From: a virus
Virus record (IMG/VR): IMGVR_UViG_3300013005_003552
Location: 80,266 to 144,265 of that record
Strand: one strand, 5' to 3'
Length of the DNA: 64,000 bases
Shown here: piece by piece, positions 30,002 through 39,882 of the stretch
How positions within the stretch are numbered: the first letter of the stretch is position 1
Layout: each line of letters opens with the position of its first letter
Program-made: the position numbers and the translations under genes
The notes under the pieces: generated by a model
What the model was told of the DNA's origin: nothing
Databases searched by the model: none
Seen by the model: only the letters and a program-made list of their open reading frames with translations

Positions 30002-30318
30002 AAAAAACTTGTCCTAAACAAACCAGAACTCAGTGTGTCTGGTGGGAAGTTGCAGGCATAAGTTTGCTGGTGTTTCTTGCGGTGTATTCTATTGTGACAC
30101 ATGTGCCAGGATACACACTGAGCAAAGAATTGGTAATTGCAGCTGGGGCCAGTTTTTCTGTGCTTTGGTGTCTTTGGATAGTGCGCACATTTAGAAATAT
30201 AATGACCTGGTGGGTGGATCTTCAGCTAAGTATTGATCATGCTACCAAACTATTAGAAGAAACCAAACAAGACCTTAAAGAAATAAAATCGATCAAACAT
30301 GAGTTTTCTAGTCGCTAA
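29998..30318 (+). CDS. Membrane protein (2 TM + coiled coil)
   Basis: Two hydrophobic helices. Confidence 0.65.
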   Translation: MKKTCPKQTRTQCVWWEVAGISLLVFLAVYSIVTHVPGYTLSKELVIAAGASFSVLWCLWIVRTFRNIMTWWVDLQLSIDHATKLLEETKQDLKEIKSIKHEFSSR

Positions 30319-30934
30319 CATCCCCCCTGTACACTGTTATATTTGCAAAGAATTTTTGTATGACTTTGAAAAAGGCCACGGCGAATATGAACCATGTATA
30401 TGGGTATCAATTAAAAGTATTCGTGGACAAGCATTTAGAATAGAGGCATACTTACCCAACTATGGCGCACTTTATGACAAACTACCTCTCCATGCGTTTG
30501 TATCACGCACAGAGAATCTTGACCCTAAACTGTTTTTACCTTTAGACACACTGCAAATTTGGGACTGCTTTGATTACAACATAGCAGTCATTCAAAAAGC
30601 ATTTTTACGAAATCTCAGCTGTCAATTCTATGCCAAAGACAAAAACATGTATTCTGGCAACTACATGTTTACAGTAGACAATGCACATCCAGATCACAAC
30701 TTGATAGATACGGGATACAGTGAATGGCCCGAAGATCACAAAAGTTTTAACTTTATAGAATTGGATAATGGTCAATACGCTGCGCAGCCTAATAATCGTT
30801 GTTTGTTCTTTGATGCAGCAAGTAATCCTCGAGAAATGAAGTTTCCAGACTTCAAGGTTTGCACCAAAAAATATGTAGTAGAACAAAATCCCAAATGGCG
30901 ACTAGGTGATTCTGATTTAGTCACTTACGAGTAA
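30299..30934 (+). CDS. Hypothetical phage protein
   Basis: 211 aa; YDKLPL, LQIWDCF, NGQYAAQPNNR. Confidence 0.75.
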   Translation: MSFLVANIPPVHCYICKEFLYDFEKGHGEYEPCIWVSIKSIRGQAFRIEAYLPNYGALYDKLPLHAFVSRTENLDPKLFLPLDTLQIWDCFDYNIAVIQKAFLRNLSCQFYAKDKNMYSGNYMFTVDNAHPDHNLIDTGYSEWPEDHKSFNFIELDNGQYAAQPNNRCLFFDAASNPREMKFPDFKVCTKKYVVEQNPKWRLGDSDLVTYE

Positions 30935-30960
30935 ACAAACACCTAGAGAGAACAATTCCA

Positions 30961-31665
30961 TTGATTGAAATACTATACACTCTGATTGCAACACACATTA
31001 CTATAGCCTGTGTGACACTGTATCTACATCGTAGTCAGGCACATCGTGGAGTGACATTTCATCCGGTGGTAGCACATGCCATGCGTTTTTGGTTATGGCT
31101 TACCACAGGTATGGTTACCAAGCAGTGGGTGGCTATACATCGCAAACATCACCAACATTCTGATCATGCCGGTGATCCACATTCACCGCATGTGTTTGGT
31201 ATTTTCAAAGTAGTAACACAAGGAGCATTGTTATATCATGCAGCGTCAAAAGATAAAGTCATGGTTAATTCATACGGTGCTGGTACTCCTGATGATTGGA
31301 TTGAGCACAACTTATACAGTGCTCACTCCAGACTTGGCATTGGCATTCTCTTTTTGTTCAACATCATCGTCTTTGGTTGGGTTGGCGCCATAATATGGGG
31401 CATACAAATGTTGTGGATCCCATTCTGGGCCGCAGGTGTGATCAACGGCATCGGACATTGGTGGGGGTATCGTAATGGCACAACACGAGATCAATCTAGA
31501 AATATTGCTCCATGGGGTATTGTTATTGGCGGCGAAGAGCTGCACAATAATCACCATTTGGACCCTGCTAACCCAAAGCTATCGTTAAAGCCCTGGGAAT
31601 TTGACATTGGTTGGTTTTATATACGCATATTACAACACATGCGACTTGCACACTTACGATCCTAA
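30961..31665 (+). CDS. Membrane fatty-acid (delta-9 type) desaturase
   Basis: His boxes HRSQAH, HRKHH, HNNHH; DPHSP; TTG start. Confidence 0.9.
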   Translation: MIEILYTLIATHITIACVTLYLHRSQAHRGVTFHPVVAHAMRFWLWLTTGMVTKQWVAIHRKHHQHSDHAGDPHSPHVFGIFKVVTQGALLYHAASKDKVMVNSYGAGTPDDWIEHNLYSAHSRLGIGILFLFNIIVFGWVGAIIWGIQMLWIPFWAAGVINGIGHWWGYRNGTTRDQSRNIAPWGIVIGGEELHNNHHLDPANPKLSLKPWEFDIGWFYIRILQHMRLAHLRS

Positions 31666-31742
31666 ATAAATACTCTAGAGCTCAATTAAGTTACAAACTC
31701 TGATTCCGTCAATTAAAATGAAAAACCGGGAATCAAAGAGGA

Positions 31743-32516
31743 ATGGATCCGTTAACGCTGTTTGCACTGGCCAATGGTGCGGTCAAGTTAGTCAAAGAAG
31801 GGTGCAAACTTTATAAAGATATAAAAGGCGCCGCTGGGGATGTCAAGGACATCCTCAAGGATCTTGATGACCAATTTCACAACAGATTCCGAGACCGTGC
31901 TCCTACAGTAGCAGAAAAAAATCAGTACATTAGCGAAAAAAATCGCATCATTGACCTAAACAAGCGCGATGGCGAAACCACCAACATCTACACAGAGATT
32001 GGCAATCATTTGGGCACATACTTTGACAACTACCACAAGTGCTTTGCTATTTTCGAAGAAGAAGAGCGCCGCAGCAAAACTGAAGTTTACACCGGAGAAG
32101 CCAGTCTAGGCAAGCGAGCACTGCAACGAGTGCTGATGAAAAAGCAGCTGGAGCACATGGGCGCCGAACTGCGCGAAATCATGGTGTACCAAAGCCCACC
32201 GGAACTAGGCGCCTTGTGGACGGATGTCAACGATATGATGCAGGTCATGGGCAAAGAGCAAAAGGTTGCCATTGCCAATCAAATGCGTCGTGCCACAGAA
32301 GCTGCTAAAGTTGCCCGTAGAAAGCGCAAGAAGTTAATGTACAAAATCACCTGCTGGAGTTTGGTTTCCATGTTCGTCGCAGGAATAGTTTTAATCTTTG
32401 GCATAGTAGTTCAAAATAGAATTGAACGCTTTCCGGAACTGGGCAACTGCATTCCGCCCAAGGGATCATGGCTGTACAAAAAGTGGACAAACTTGATATG
32501 GGCCACTTGCGAATAA
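31743..32516 (+). CDS. Hypothetical protein with C-terminal TM helix
   Basis: MDPLTLFALAN.. coiled coil, TM. Confidence 0.7.
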   Translation: MDPLTLFALANGAVKLVKEGCKLYKDIKGAAGDVKDILKDLDDQFHNRFRDRAPTVAEKNQYISEKNRIIDLNKRDGETTNIYTEIGNHLGTYFDNYHKCFAIFEEEERRSKTEVYTGEASLGKRALQRVLMKKQLEHMGAELREIMVYQSPPELGALWTDVNDMMQVMGKEQKVAIANQMRRATEAAKVARRKRKKLMYKITCWSLVSMFVAGIVLIFGIVVQNRIERFPELGNCIPPKGSWLYKKWTNLIWATCE

Positions 32517-32529
32517 TCGCTCATAGGTG

Positions 32530-32558
32530 TTGCGGTATGCGTAAGTAAAGTGTATAAT
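32530..32558 (+). promoter_or_regulatory. sigma70 promoter
   Basis: TTGCGG-17bp-TATAAT; TAAGTA in spacer. Confidence 0.6.
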
Positions 32559-32581
32559 GTGTTTTTCAATCAGGAGATATC

Positions 32582-32842
32582 ATGTCAACTAGAATGTTTG
32601 GTTCCGCCGAAAAGGCCAAGCTCACTCAATTAATCAACGAAGGCATGCAGGTCATGCAAGAAGTTGAAACACTACAAGAAGGTCTCAAAGACACAGTAAA
32701 GGCCATTGCTGAAGAATTAGAAATCAAGCCTGCTGTGTTGAGCAAGGCCATTCGCATTGCTCACAAATCCAAGTTGGGAGAAACCAACAAAGAAAACGAA
32801 GAATTAAATACCATTCTTGAAACTGTAGGAAAAACCCTGTGA
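32582..32842 (+). CDS. dsDNA-binding protein (T4 DsbA/GapR-like)
   Basis: 86 aa helical; LKDTVKAIAEELEIKPAVLSKAIRIAHK. Confidence 0.6.
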   Translation: MSTRMFGSAEKAKLTQLINEGMQVMQEVETLQEGLKDTVKAIAEELEIKPAVLSKAIRIAHKSKLGETNKENEELNTILETVGKTL

Positions 32843-33126
32843 ACAATGTAGTATCCGGCACAGTAGAGTGGATCAAAAGTGATTACAAAAGTCATAGAAT
32901 TCGTTTTTGTTTTGAGGTCCTTGCTTGGGCTATATCTATTGGCTGTTCTATCACTATGGCCCTCACCGTGCCTACTCCACCCCTTATTATCTTGTACCCA
33001 ATCTGGATTGTTGGTTGTGCTATGTACGCTGGGTGTGCTTACAGTCGTGGTTCCTTTGGTATGTTGGCTAATTACCTACTGCTTACCACAATCGACACCA
33101 TTGGGTTAGTGCGGATGCTCACATGA
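32839..33126 (+). CDS. Small membrane protein
   Basis: Three hydrophobic segments. Confidence 0.7.
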   Translation: MNNVVSGTVEWIKSDYKSHRIRFCFEVLAWAISIGCSITMALTVPTPPLIILYPIWIVGCAMYAGCAYSRGSFGMLANYLLLTTIDTIGLVRMLT

Positions 33127-33251
33127 CTCTTGTGGCTCTAGAAATCTTTGGCTACTGGATTGGCATGGGAGTGGCCATGTGGGTCATAATGTACACAGCA
33201 CTAACATTTGCTAGATTATGTGAATACATTACTGCTCATTTGTTTCGTTAA
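33123..33251 (+). CDS. Small membrane peptide (42 aa, not in ORF track)
   Basis: ATGA coupling; hydrophobic. Confidence 0.5.
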   Translation: MTLVALEIFGYWIGMGVAMWVIMYTALTFARLCEYITAHLFR

Positions 33252-33254
33252 ATA

Positions 33255-33318
33255 TTTTTGTCTCGCCGGACACAAAACGGCATGAAGAGTAGGCACCAGC
33301 TAGAAGTGGTGCATGGAG
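33255..33318 (+). promoter_or_regulatory. DNA polymerase leader: putative translational operator
   Basis: GCCG/CGGC stem then GCACCA-GCTAGAAG-TGGTGC hairpin (33293-33312) abutting GGAG. Confidence 0.55.
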
Positions 33319-33325
33319 AATATAA

Positions 33326-35983
33326 ATGAGTTATGTAGACGCTCTGTTTGACAGAGACAAAGACCGTATTCATGTTGTTGAGCGCAATGCCAGCGGCAGA
33401 GAGTACAGAGAATTTCCTGCAGAATATATTTTTTACTACGACGATCCCCGTGGTAAATTTCGAACCATATACGATACTCCAGTAAGCAGATTTGCTACTC
33501 GTAACAGCAAAGAATTTCATAAAGAAATTAGAATCAACTCTGGCAAACGCATATGGGAAAGCGATATTAATCCCATTTTCCGATGTTTAGAACACAACTA
33601 TTTGGGTGCCAAGTCACCCAAATTACAAACTGCGTTTTTTGACATTGAGGTAGACTTTGATCCTGTACGAGGGTTCTCCAGACCAGAGGACCCCTTTAAT
33701 GCGGTGACTGCTATCAGCATTTATCTAGACTGGTTAAACAAACTGGTAACCTTGGTTGTTCCGCCCAAGAACATGAGCTGGGAGACCGCACAAGAAATTG
33801 CAACCAAATACGATAACTGTTTCTTGTTTGAACAAGAGGCAGAGTTATTAAACACTTTTCTTGACATCATCGAGGACGCTGATGTACTAAGTGGATGGAA
33901 CTCCGAGGGTTTTGATATTCCGTATCTGGTCATGCGTACCACTCGTGTGCTGAGCAAAGATGATTGCCGGCGATTTTGCTTGTGGGGTCAACTGCCAAAA
34001 GAAAGACACTTTGAACGCTTTGGGGCTGAAAATTTAACTTTTGATTTAATTGGCCGTGTGCATCTTGACTATATGCAACTGTACCGCAAGTACACATATG
34101 AAGAACGCCATAGTTACAGTTTGGATGCAATTGGCGAGTATGAACTAGATGAGCGTAAGGTTGCATATGAAGGTACCTTGGATCAGCTGTACAACAAAGA
34201 CTTTGAAAATTTCATCGACTACAATAGACAAGATGCCATGCTGGTGGCTAAACTAGATAAAAAATTGCGTTTCCTAGATCTAGCCAATGAACTGGCACAT
34301 GACAACACTGTGCTGCTGCAAACCACCATGGGTGCAGTAGCAGTCACCGAGCAGGCTATTATCAACGAAGCACATCAACTGGGATTAATTGTGCCTAATA
34401 GGAGAAGAGATGATCAAGGAGATACGCAAGCAGCAGGTGCCTATGTTGCTTTCCCCAAAAGGGGCATGCACGACTGGGTTGGCGCCATCGACATCAACAG
34501 TCTCTACCCGTCAGCGATCCGTGCTCTTAACATGGGACCGGAAACAATTGTTGCTCAACTTAGACCGATAATGACAGATCGGCTCATTGCCGAACGCATA
34601 GCGACAGGAACTACCTTTACAGATGCATGGGAAGGTTTGTTTGGTACACTAGAGTACACGGCTGTGATGGAAAATCAACCAGGCACAGAAATTACCATTG
34701 ATTGGGAGGATGGTAATACTACCTTGCACTCCGCAGCAGAAGTCTGGCGGTTGATCTTTGACTCAAATCAGCCGTGGACACTGAGCGCCAATGGTACTAT
34801 CTTCACTTACGAAAAGAAGGGCATTATTCCTGGATTGCTAGAACGCTGGTATGCAGAACGGAAAGAAATGCAGGCCAAAAAGAAAGAAGCAGACACCGAC
34901 GAAGACAAAGCCTTTTGGGACAAACGACAGTTGGTTAAAAAGATTAACTTGAACAGTCTATACGGAGCTATCCTCAACCCAGGTTGTCGTTTCTTCGACA
35001 AGAGAATTGGTCAGAGCACTACTCTGACAGGAAGAATTATTGCTAGGCACATGGATGCATATATCAATGAGTGCATCATGGGCACATACGACCATGTGGG
35101 TGATGCCATTATCTATGGAGACACTGATAGCTGTTATTTCACAGCCTGGCCTGCTATTAAAGACGAAGTTGCCGCAGGACACATGGAATGGAGCAAGGAA
35201 ACTTGTGTTCAGTTGTACGACACTATTGCAGAACAGGTTAATGCCAGCTTCCCAGGATTTATGGAACGGGCATGTCACTGTCCACGCAGCATGGGCAGTT
35301 TAATCAAAGGCGGACGAGAACTTGTAGCAGAAAAAGGTCTTTATCTTAAGAAAAAGCGTTATGCTGTGCTAATTTTTGACATGGAGGGCAACAGGTTAGA
35401 CACTCATGGCAAACCAGGCAAGGTCAAAGCCACTGGTCTAGATCTCAAACGCAGCGATACCCCCAAAATAGTTCAAGATTTTCTTAGCAGTCTGCTGTTG
35501 GATGTGCTGACAGGTTGTAACAAAGAACATGTGTATGACAAAGTGCGGGAATTCAAATACTCCTTTCAAGATCGTCCTGCCTGGGAAAAAGGTACCCCCA
35601 AGCGTGTTAACAATTTAACAAAATACACAAGAGACGAAGAAAGGTTAGGCAAGGCTAACATGCCAGGACATGTTCGAGCTGCCATGAACTGGAATAATCT
35701 GCGACGCATGCATAGCGACAATTACAGTATGTCAATCGTGGATGGTATGAAAACCATTGTGTGCAAGCTCAAAGACAATCCTTTAGGATTTACCAGTGTT
35801 GGTTATCCAACTGATGAATTACATATCCCAGCATGGTTCAAAGAACTTCCATTTGATGATGCATTAATGGAAACTACCATTGTGGATCAAAAAGTAGAAA
35901 ACTTACTGGGTGTGTTGAACTGGAAGATTCCTGAAAACACAGAAATCAGCACCACATTTGAAGCATTGTTTACATTCGAATAA
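33326..35983 (+). CDS. Family B DNA polymerase (gp43-like)
   Basis: Exo FDIE, GWNSEGFD, YNRQD; pol DINSLYPS, KKINLNSLYG, YGDTDS, KKRY. Confidence 0.97.
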   Translation: MSYVDALFDRDKDRIHVVERNASGREYREFPAEYIFYYDDPRGKFRTIYDTPVSRFATRNSKEFHKEIRINSGKRIWESDINPIFRCLEHNYLGAKSPKLQTAFFDIEVDFDPVRGFSRPEDPFNAVTAISIYLDWLNKLVTLVVPPKNMSWETAQEIATKYDNCFLFEQEAELLNTFLDIIEDADVLSGWNSEGFDIPYLVMRTTRVLSKDDCRRFCLWGQLPKERHFERFGAENLTFDLIGRVHLDYMQLYRKYTYEERHSYSLDAIGEYELDERKVAYEGTLDQLYNKDFENFIDYNRQDAMLVAKLDKKLRFLDLANELAHDNTVLLQTTMGAVAVTEQAIINEAHQLGLIVPNRRRDDQGDTQAAGAYVAFPKRGMHDWVGAIDINSLYPSAIRALNMGPETIVAQLRPIMTDRLIAERIATGTTFTDAWEGLFGTLEYTAVMENQPGTEITIDWEDGNTTLHSAAEVWRLIFDSNQPWTLSANGTIFTYEKKGIIPGLLERWYAERKEMQAKKKEADTDEDKAFWDKRQLVKKINLNSLYGAILNPGCRFFDKRIGQSTTLTGRIIARHMDAYINECIMGTYDHVGDAIIYGDTDSCYFTAWPAIKDEVAAGHMEWSKETCVQLYDTIAEQVNASFPGFMERACHCPRSMGSLIKGGRELVAEKGLYLKKKRYAVLIFDMEGNRLDTHGKPGKVKATGLDLKRSDTPKIVQDFLSSLLLDVLTGCNKEHVYDKVREFKYSFQDRPAWEKGTPKRVNNLTKYTRDEERLGKANMPGHVRAAMNWNNLRRMHSDNYSMSIVDGMKTIVCKLKDNPLGFTSVGYPTDELHIPAWFKELPFDDALMETTIVDQKVENLLGVLNWKIPENTEISTTFEALFTFE

Positions 35984-35984
35984 C

Positions 35985-36950
35985 ATGACACATGATCAAC
36001 TGAGTAGATTTCCAAGGTTGGCAGAACTACGCAATCTACTGAAAAACTTTGGCAACGCAACTGATATTACGCCACAAATACAAAAAACTCAAGAGCTCAT
36101 GGCACTGTTGCCTGATGTGGACCAATTGGTTGAAAAAGAGTTAGATAGTCTAGCACAGTGCAAAGATCTGCTGTTTGCTGGCCACACACGATTGATGGAT
36201 CTTAAACAGCAGGTAGAAAATGAATACCAACAGATCTTGGACCATGTGAGTGATTGTGTATGGTTCAAACAACATCTTGAGATTGCAGATCATCAACGAG
36301 ATAAATGGCTGTGCAATCCTAATCAAGTTCAAGATTTGTTGTTGGTATGGAGTCGCACCAACGACGCATGGAAATACCCTGTGACCATGATAAATGCTCA
36401 ACACGACGAAGTAATAAAAATATTAATCAGTTACTATCTGTTGTACATGGTTGACACAGATAGAGATCTATTAATTAAAAAATACAACAGCATCGAGAAC
36501 AGTGTGCAACCTAGAGTAAAATTTCACACAGTACCAAGTTGGAATGATTTAGATTGGGCTACTAAACTTGGTTACAACGAACATCAAATGCACTGGGGCG
36601 TGCCTATGGGACAAATGGGTCTTGTGGTGGTGTGGAATCTATTTGAAAGATTCAATTTGTATGCAGCTGAAAATTTCTTAACTCAGGTAAAACCACTGTT
36701 ACGACCTGGAGGACAAGTTTTTTTCAACATGTTTGATGCTGACAGTAGTAACGCTGCTGCCTTCATCAGTGATGGCAAAATTGGAGGCATGAACAGAGCA
36801 CAAATAGATGCTCTGGCTCTCAAACTAGGAATGGAAATATCTATGTGGGTCAATCGCGGATCTGACTTGATTTCAGTGTCACTGAGTGTGCCCGGTGTTT
36901 TACAATCTGACAAAACTAAATGGCCAATGGGCATAGTAAAAAAGTCCTAG
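35985..36950 (+). CDS. Hypothetical protein with methyltransferase-like C-terminus
   Basis: WNLFE..FLTQVKPLLRPGGQVFF. Confidence 0.55.
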   Translation: MTHDQLSRFPRLAELRNLLKNFGNATDITPQIQKTQELMALLPDVDQLVEKELDSLAQCKDLLFAGHTRLMDLKQQVENEYQQILDHVSDCVWFKQHLEIADHQRDKWLCNPNQVQDLLLVWSRTNDAWKYPVTMINAQHDEVIKILISYYLLYMVDTDRDLLIKKYNSIENSVQPRVKFHTVPSWNDLDWATKLGYNEHQMHWGVPMGQMGLVVVWNLFERFNLYAAENFLTQVKPLLRPGGQVFFNMFDADSSNAAAFISDGKIGGMNRAQIDALALKLGMEISMWVNRGSDLISVSLSVPGVLQSDKTKWPMGIVKKS

Positions 36951-36955
36951 TACTG

Positions 36956-36984
36956 TTGACGATCTAAATAGATCATGTTACAAT
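36956..36984 (+). promoter_or_regulatory. sigma70 promoter with nested TAAATA
   Basis: TTGACG-ATCTAAATAGATCATGT-TACAAT. Confidence 0.7.
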
Positions 36985-37006
36985 CAATTAACTCAAAGGA
37001 GAATCT

Positions 37007-37735
37007 ATGAAAGACTACTTACACGACATCGTGCAACACACGCACAGCCTTGGTATTATTGACCTAGTGAAGATTACTGGCAATGACCAAGAAACCTGTA
37101 TTGACAGTATCGCCGAAGATCGCAGTGTGATCGTACAAGCCAAATTCAAGAACCCAGTTCCTGAATTTGTTGGAGTATTTGGCATGCCCAATCTTGGCAA
37201 ACTAAACACTATCCTTAACATTCCTGAATACAAAGAAGATGCAAAACTGACCATACTAAGCCAAGATCGTAACGGCAATCAGGTACCAGTTGGTATCCAC
37301 TTTGAAAACAAAAATGGCGACTTCAAAAACGAGTATCGTTTTATGGCCAGCGAAATCATTAGCGACAAATTAAAAAGCGTGAAGATGAAACAGGTCAAAT
37401 GGAATGTGGAATTCAATCCCACTGTGTCTAATATTCAAAGACTCAAGTTCCAGGCCAGTGCCAACAGTGAAGAGCCCACATTCATTGCTAAAACCGACAA
37501 TGGAAAACTAAAGTTTTTCTTTGGGGATCACAGCAGTCATGCAGGAGATTTTGTTTTTCAAGATGGTGTAGGTACACTGAGCAAGCCTTGGAACTGGCCA
37601 GTGAATGCAGTGATTGGCATCCTGGGCTTGGCGGGTGACAAGAGTATGAAGATCAGTGATGAAGGTGTTATGCAGATCACTGTTGATTCAGGTATTGCAG
37701 AATACAACTATCTCTTACCAGCACAACAAAAATGA
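37007..37735 (+). CDS. Sliding clamp (gp45-like)
   Basis: 242 aa beta-rich near polymerase; PCNA-like end ITVDSGIAEYNYLLPA. Confidence 0.65.
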   Translation: MKDYLHDIVQHTHSLGIIDLVKITGNDQETCIDSIAEDRSVIVQAKFKNPVPEFVGVFGMPNLGKLNTILNIPEYKEDAKLTILSQDRNGNQVPVGIHFENKNGDFKNEYRFMASEIISDKLKSVKMKQVKWNVEFNPTVSNIQRLKFQASANSEEPTFIAKTDNGKLKFFFGDHSSHAGDFVFQDGVGTLSKPWNWPVNAVIGILGLAGDKSMKISDEGVMQITVDSGIAEYNYLLPAQQK

Positions 37736-38088
37736 TAACCAGTCTTACAGGCACCGCTGGAGTGACAATATACGGAGGATTAAGTCCTCCGTATATTAAC
37801 ATGACACAGCCCAGCGCAGGTATGGTGCGCTACAATGGTTCCAGTCAGCTCATGGAGGTGTACGATGGTACTGTTTGGTTACAGATGGGAAGTCATCCTA
37901 CCATACAACTGGATGCCCGTGTGCAAGAAATATTGTACTGGGCAGAAAAGAAAATGCGTGAGGATCAAGAACTAGAAAAGCGCATGGAGCAGCATCCGGG
38001 TCTTAGAGATGCCTATGAAAAATTCAAGGTAATGGATGTTCTCACACAAGAGAATGATAATAAAAAAGGAATCTATACCCGTGCTTGA
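37732..38088 (+). CDS. Hypothetical protein
   Basis: GMVRYN..MEVYDG.VW; ATGA coupling. Confidence 0.7.
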   Translation: MITSLTGTAGVTIYGGLSPPYINMTQPSAGMVRYNGSSQLMEVYDGTVWLQMGSHPTIQLDARVQEILYWAEKKMREDQELEKRMEQHPGLRDAYEKFKVMDVLTQENDNKKGIYTRA

Positions 38089-39673
38089 ACAAGACAATCT
38101 AACTGCCAAGCAAAGCGACTATGCTGTGTTCTTGCCGGCTATTTCAGGATTCTATGCAACCTTTATAGGAAAACAGCGTGTTAACAATGACTATGTTGAT
38201 CCTGCTCGTATGCCTGCGGGCATGCAGGACATGGAACAGATGAACTGGTTGAACAGCCAAAAAAGTTTGTTTCCTTATCGGTGGAGTCTTTATTCAGGCG
38301 GTCACGCTAATCTCAATCTTGACAAGGATGATGCCAGCGAAGACATGGTTCGCAAGCGTGAGCCAGGTACATTCATGCTTGGTGACTCTGGTGGATTCCA
38401 GATTGCCAAAGGCCTATGGGAAGGTGACTGGAAGGCCAATTCGGGTTGTGCCAAAGCACAAAAGAAGCGAGACGCAATTCTCAAATGGCTCGACGGTATC
38501 GCTGACTATGGCATGATCCTAGATATTCCAACCTGGGTCATTCACGACAAGAAGGCCAGTGCAGCCTGTCAGATTACCACGCTGGAAGAAGCAGTAGACG
38601 CTACCAAGTTCAATAATGATTATTTCATGCAGCACAGAAAAGGCAAACGCAATGGTGGTGCCAAGTTCTTGAATGTGCTACAAGGTGACAATCATGCCAG
38701 TGCCGAAGAATGGTACCAGATCATGAAACACTACTGTGATCCTGTTCAGTATCCCGACACGCATTTTGACGGGTGGGCCATGGGCGGACAGAACATGTGT
38801 GATGTGCATCTTGTGCTCAGACGCTTGGTGGCTTTGCGACATGACAATTTACTACAAGAAGGTGTGCATGACTGGATGCATTTCTTGGGTACCAGTAAAC
38901 TTGAATGGGCACTGTTACTCACTGACATACAAAGAGCAATTAGAAAATATGTTAACCCTGCTTTTACCATTAGTTTTGATTGTGCAAGCCCGTTTCTTGC
39001 CACTGCCAACGGGCAGATGTATCATCAGATAGATTTGCCGCATAATGACAAATGGTGTTATCGCATGGGGCCCAGCGCAGACGATAAAAAGTATGCTCTG
39101 GACACCAGACCGTTCAAGGATGTGGTTCTAGCAGACAAGGTGTTCAATCACTTTGACGAAAGTCCTATCAGTCAACATCTTCAGATCAAGGATGTGTGCA
39201 TATACAAACCCGGCGATTTGAACAAAATTGGCAAGGAAGGCAAGACCTCATGGGACAGTTTCAGCTATGCACTCATGATGGGTCATAATGTTTGGATGCA
39301 CATTGAAGCTGTGCAGAGAGCCAATCGTGAATATGATTCAGGCACTTGGCCCAACATGCTGTGGAATCAAGGCACCAAAGGTCGTACTGGCGATCATGCA
39401 AAATTTAGAGACATTGTTGATGCTATATTTGCTACCAGTGACAAACAAGAAAGTTTAGACATTATCGAGCACTACAGTAGATATTGGATGGATATCATTG
39501 GCACTCGCGGTTTCAAAGGCGACAAAACCATGAATGCTCATAGTCAATTTAATTCACTGTTTGAATTTGTAGAACCAGAGGCTGAGGAGACCGAACGCGA
39601 TGAGAAAATGGCAGAAGATGCAGCAGAAGATCGACTTGAACAACTTGCAAGAATCGAACGAGGAGGAGACTGA
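38081..39673 (+). CDS. dpdA: TGT-fold 7-deazaguanine DNA transglycosylase (DpdA-like)
   Basis: GDSGGFQI, LDIP, VLQG, GWAMGG, HFLG, SFDCASP in TGT order; clustered with folE/queD/queE. Confidence 0.8.
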   Translation: MLEQDNLTAKQSDYAVFLPAISGFYATFIGKQRVNNDYVDPARMPAGMQDMEQMNWLNSQKSLFPYRWSLYSGGHANLNLDKDDASEDMVRKREPGTFMLGDSGGFQIAKGLWEGDWKANSGCAKAQKKRDAILKWLDGIADYGMILDIPTWVIHDKKASAACQITTLEEAVDATKFNNDYFMQHRKGKRNGGAKFLNVLQGDNHASAEEWYQIMKHYCDPVQYPDTHFDGWAMGGQNMCDVHLVLRRLVALRHDNLLQEGVHDWMHFLGTSKLEWALLLTDIQRAIRKYVNPAFTISFDCASPFLATANGQMYHQIDLPHNDKWCYRMGPSADDKKYALDTRPFKDVVLADKVFNHFDESPISQHLQIKDVCIYKPGDLNKIGKEGKTSWDSFSYALMMGHNVWMHIEAVQRANREYDSGTWPNMLWNQGTKGRTGDHAKFRDIVDAIFATSDKQESLDIIEHYSRYWMDIIGTRGFKGDKTMNAHSQFNSLFEFVEPEAEETERDEKMAEDAAEDRLEQLARIERGGD

Positions 39674-39674
39674 T

Positions 39675-39848
39675 ATGGAAAGCACCAGCAATCGAGTCCG
39701 TCATTTGGAAGAAATGCATAGAGTTTTGGACTTAAAAATAACAGAAATGCAACAGCATCCACATGTGGACGAACAAAAGGTTGCAGAATATAAGAAACAG
39801 AAGTTACAATACAAGGACGAAATTTCTAGACTTAGGTGTCAAGAATAG
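39675..39848 (+). CDS. DUF465/YdcH-like small coiled-coil protein
   Basis: H..LD.KI..KKQKLQYKDEI; GGAGGAG RBS. Confidence 0.7.
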   Translation: MESTSNRVRHLEEMHRVLDLKITEMQQHPHVDEQKVAEYKKQKLQYKDEISRLRCQE

Positions 39849-39882
39849 AAACAACAACACAAACAATTGTCCGAGGACTACA

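Noticed and set aside
31698-31742. Weak inverted repeat TGATTCC/GGAATCA before ORF 31743
   Set aside because: The stem is short with a long AT-rich loop, which is not enough to call.
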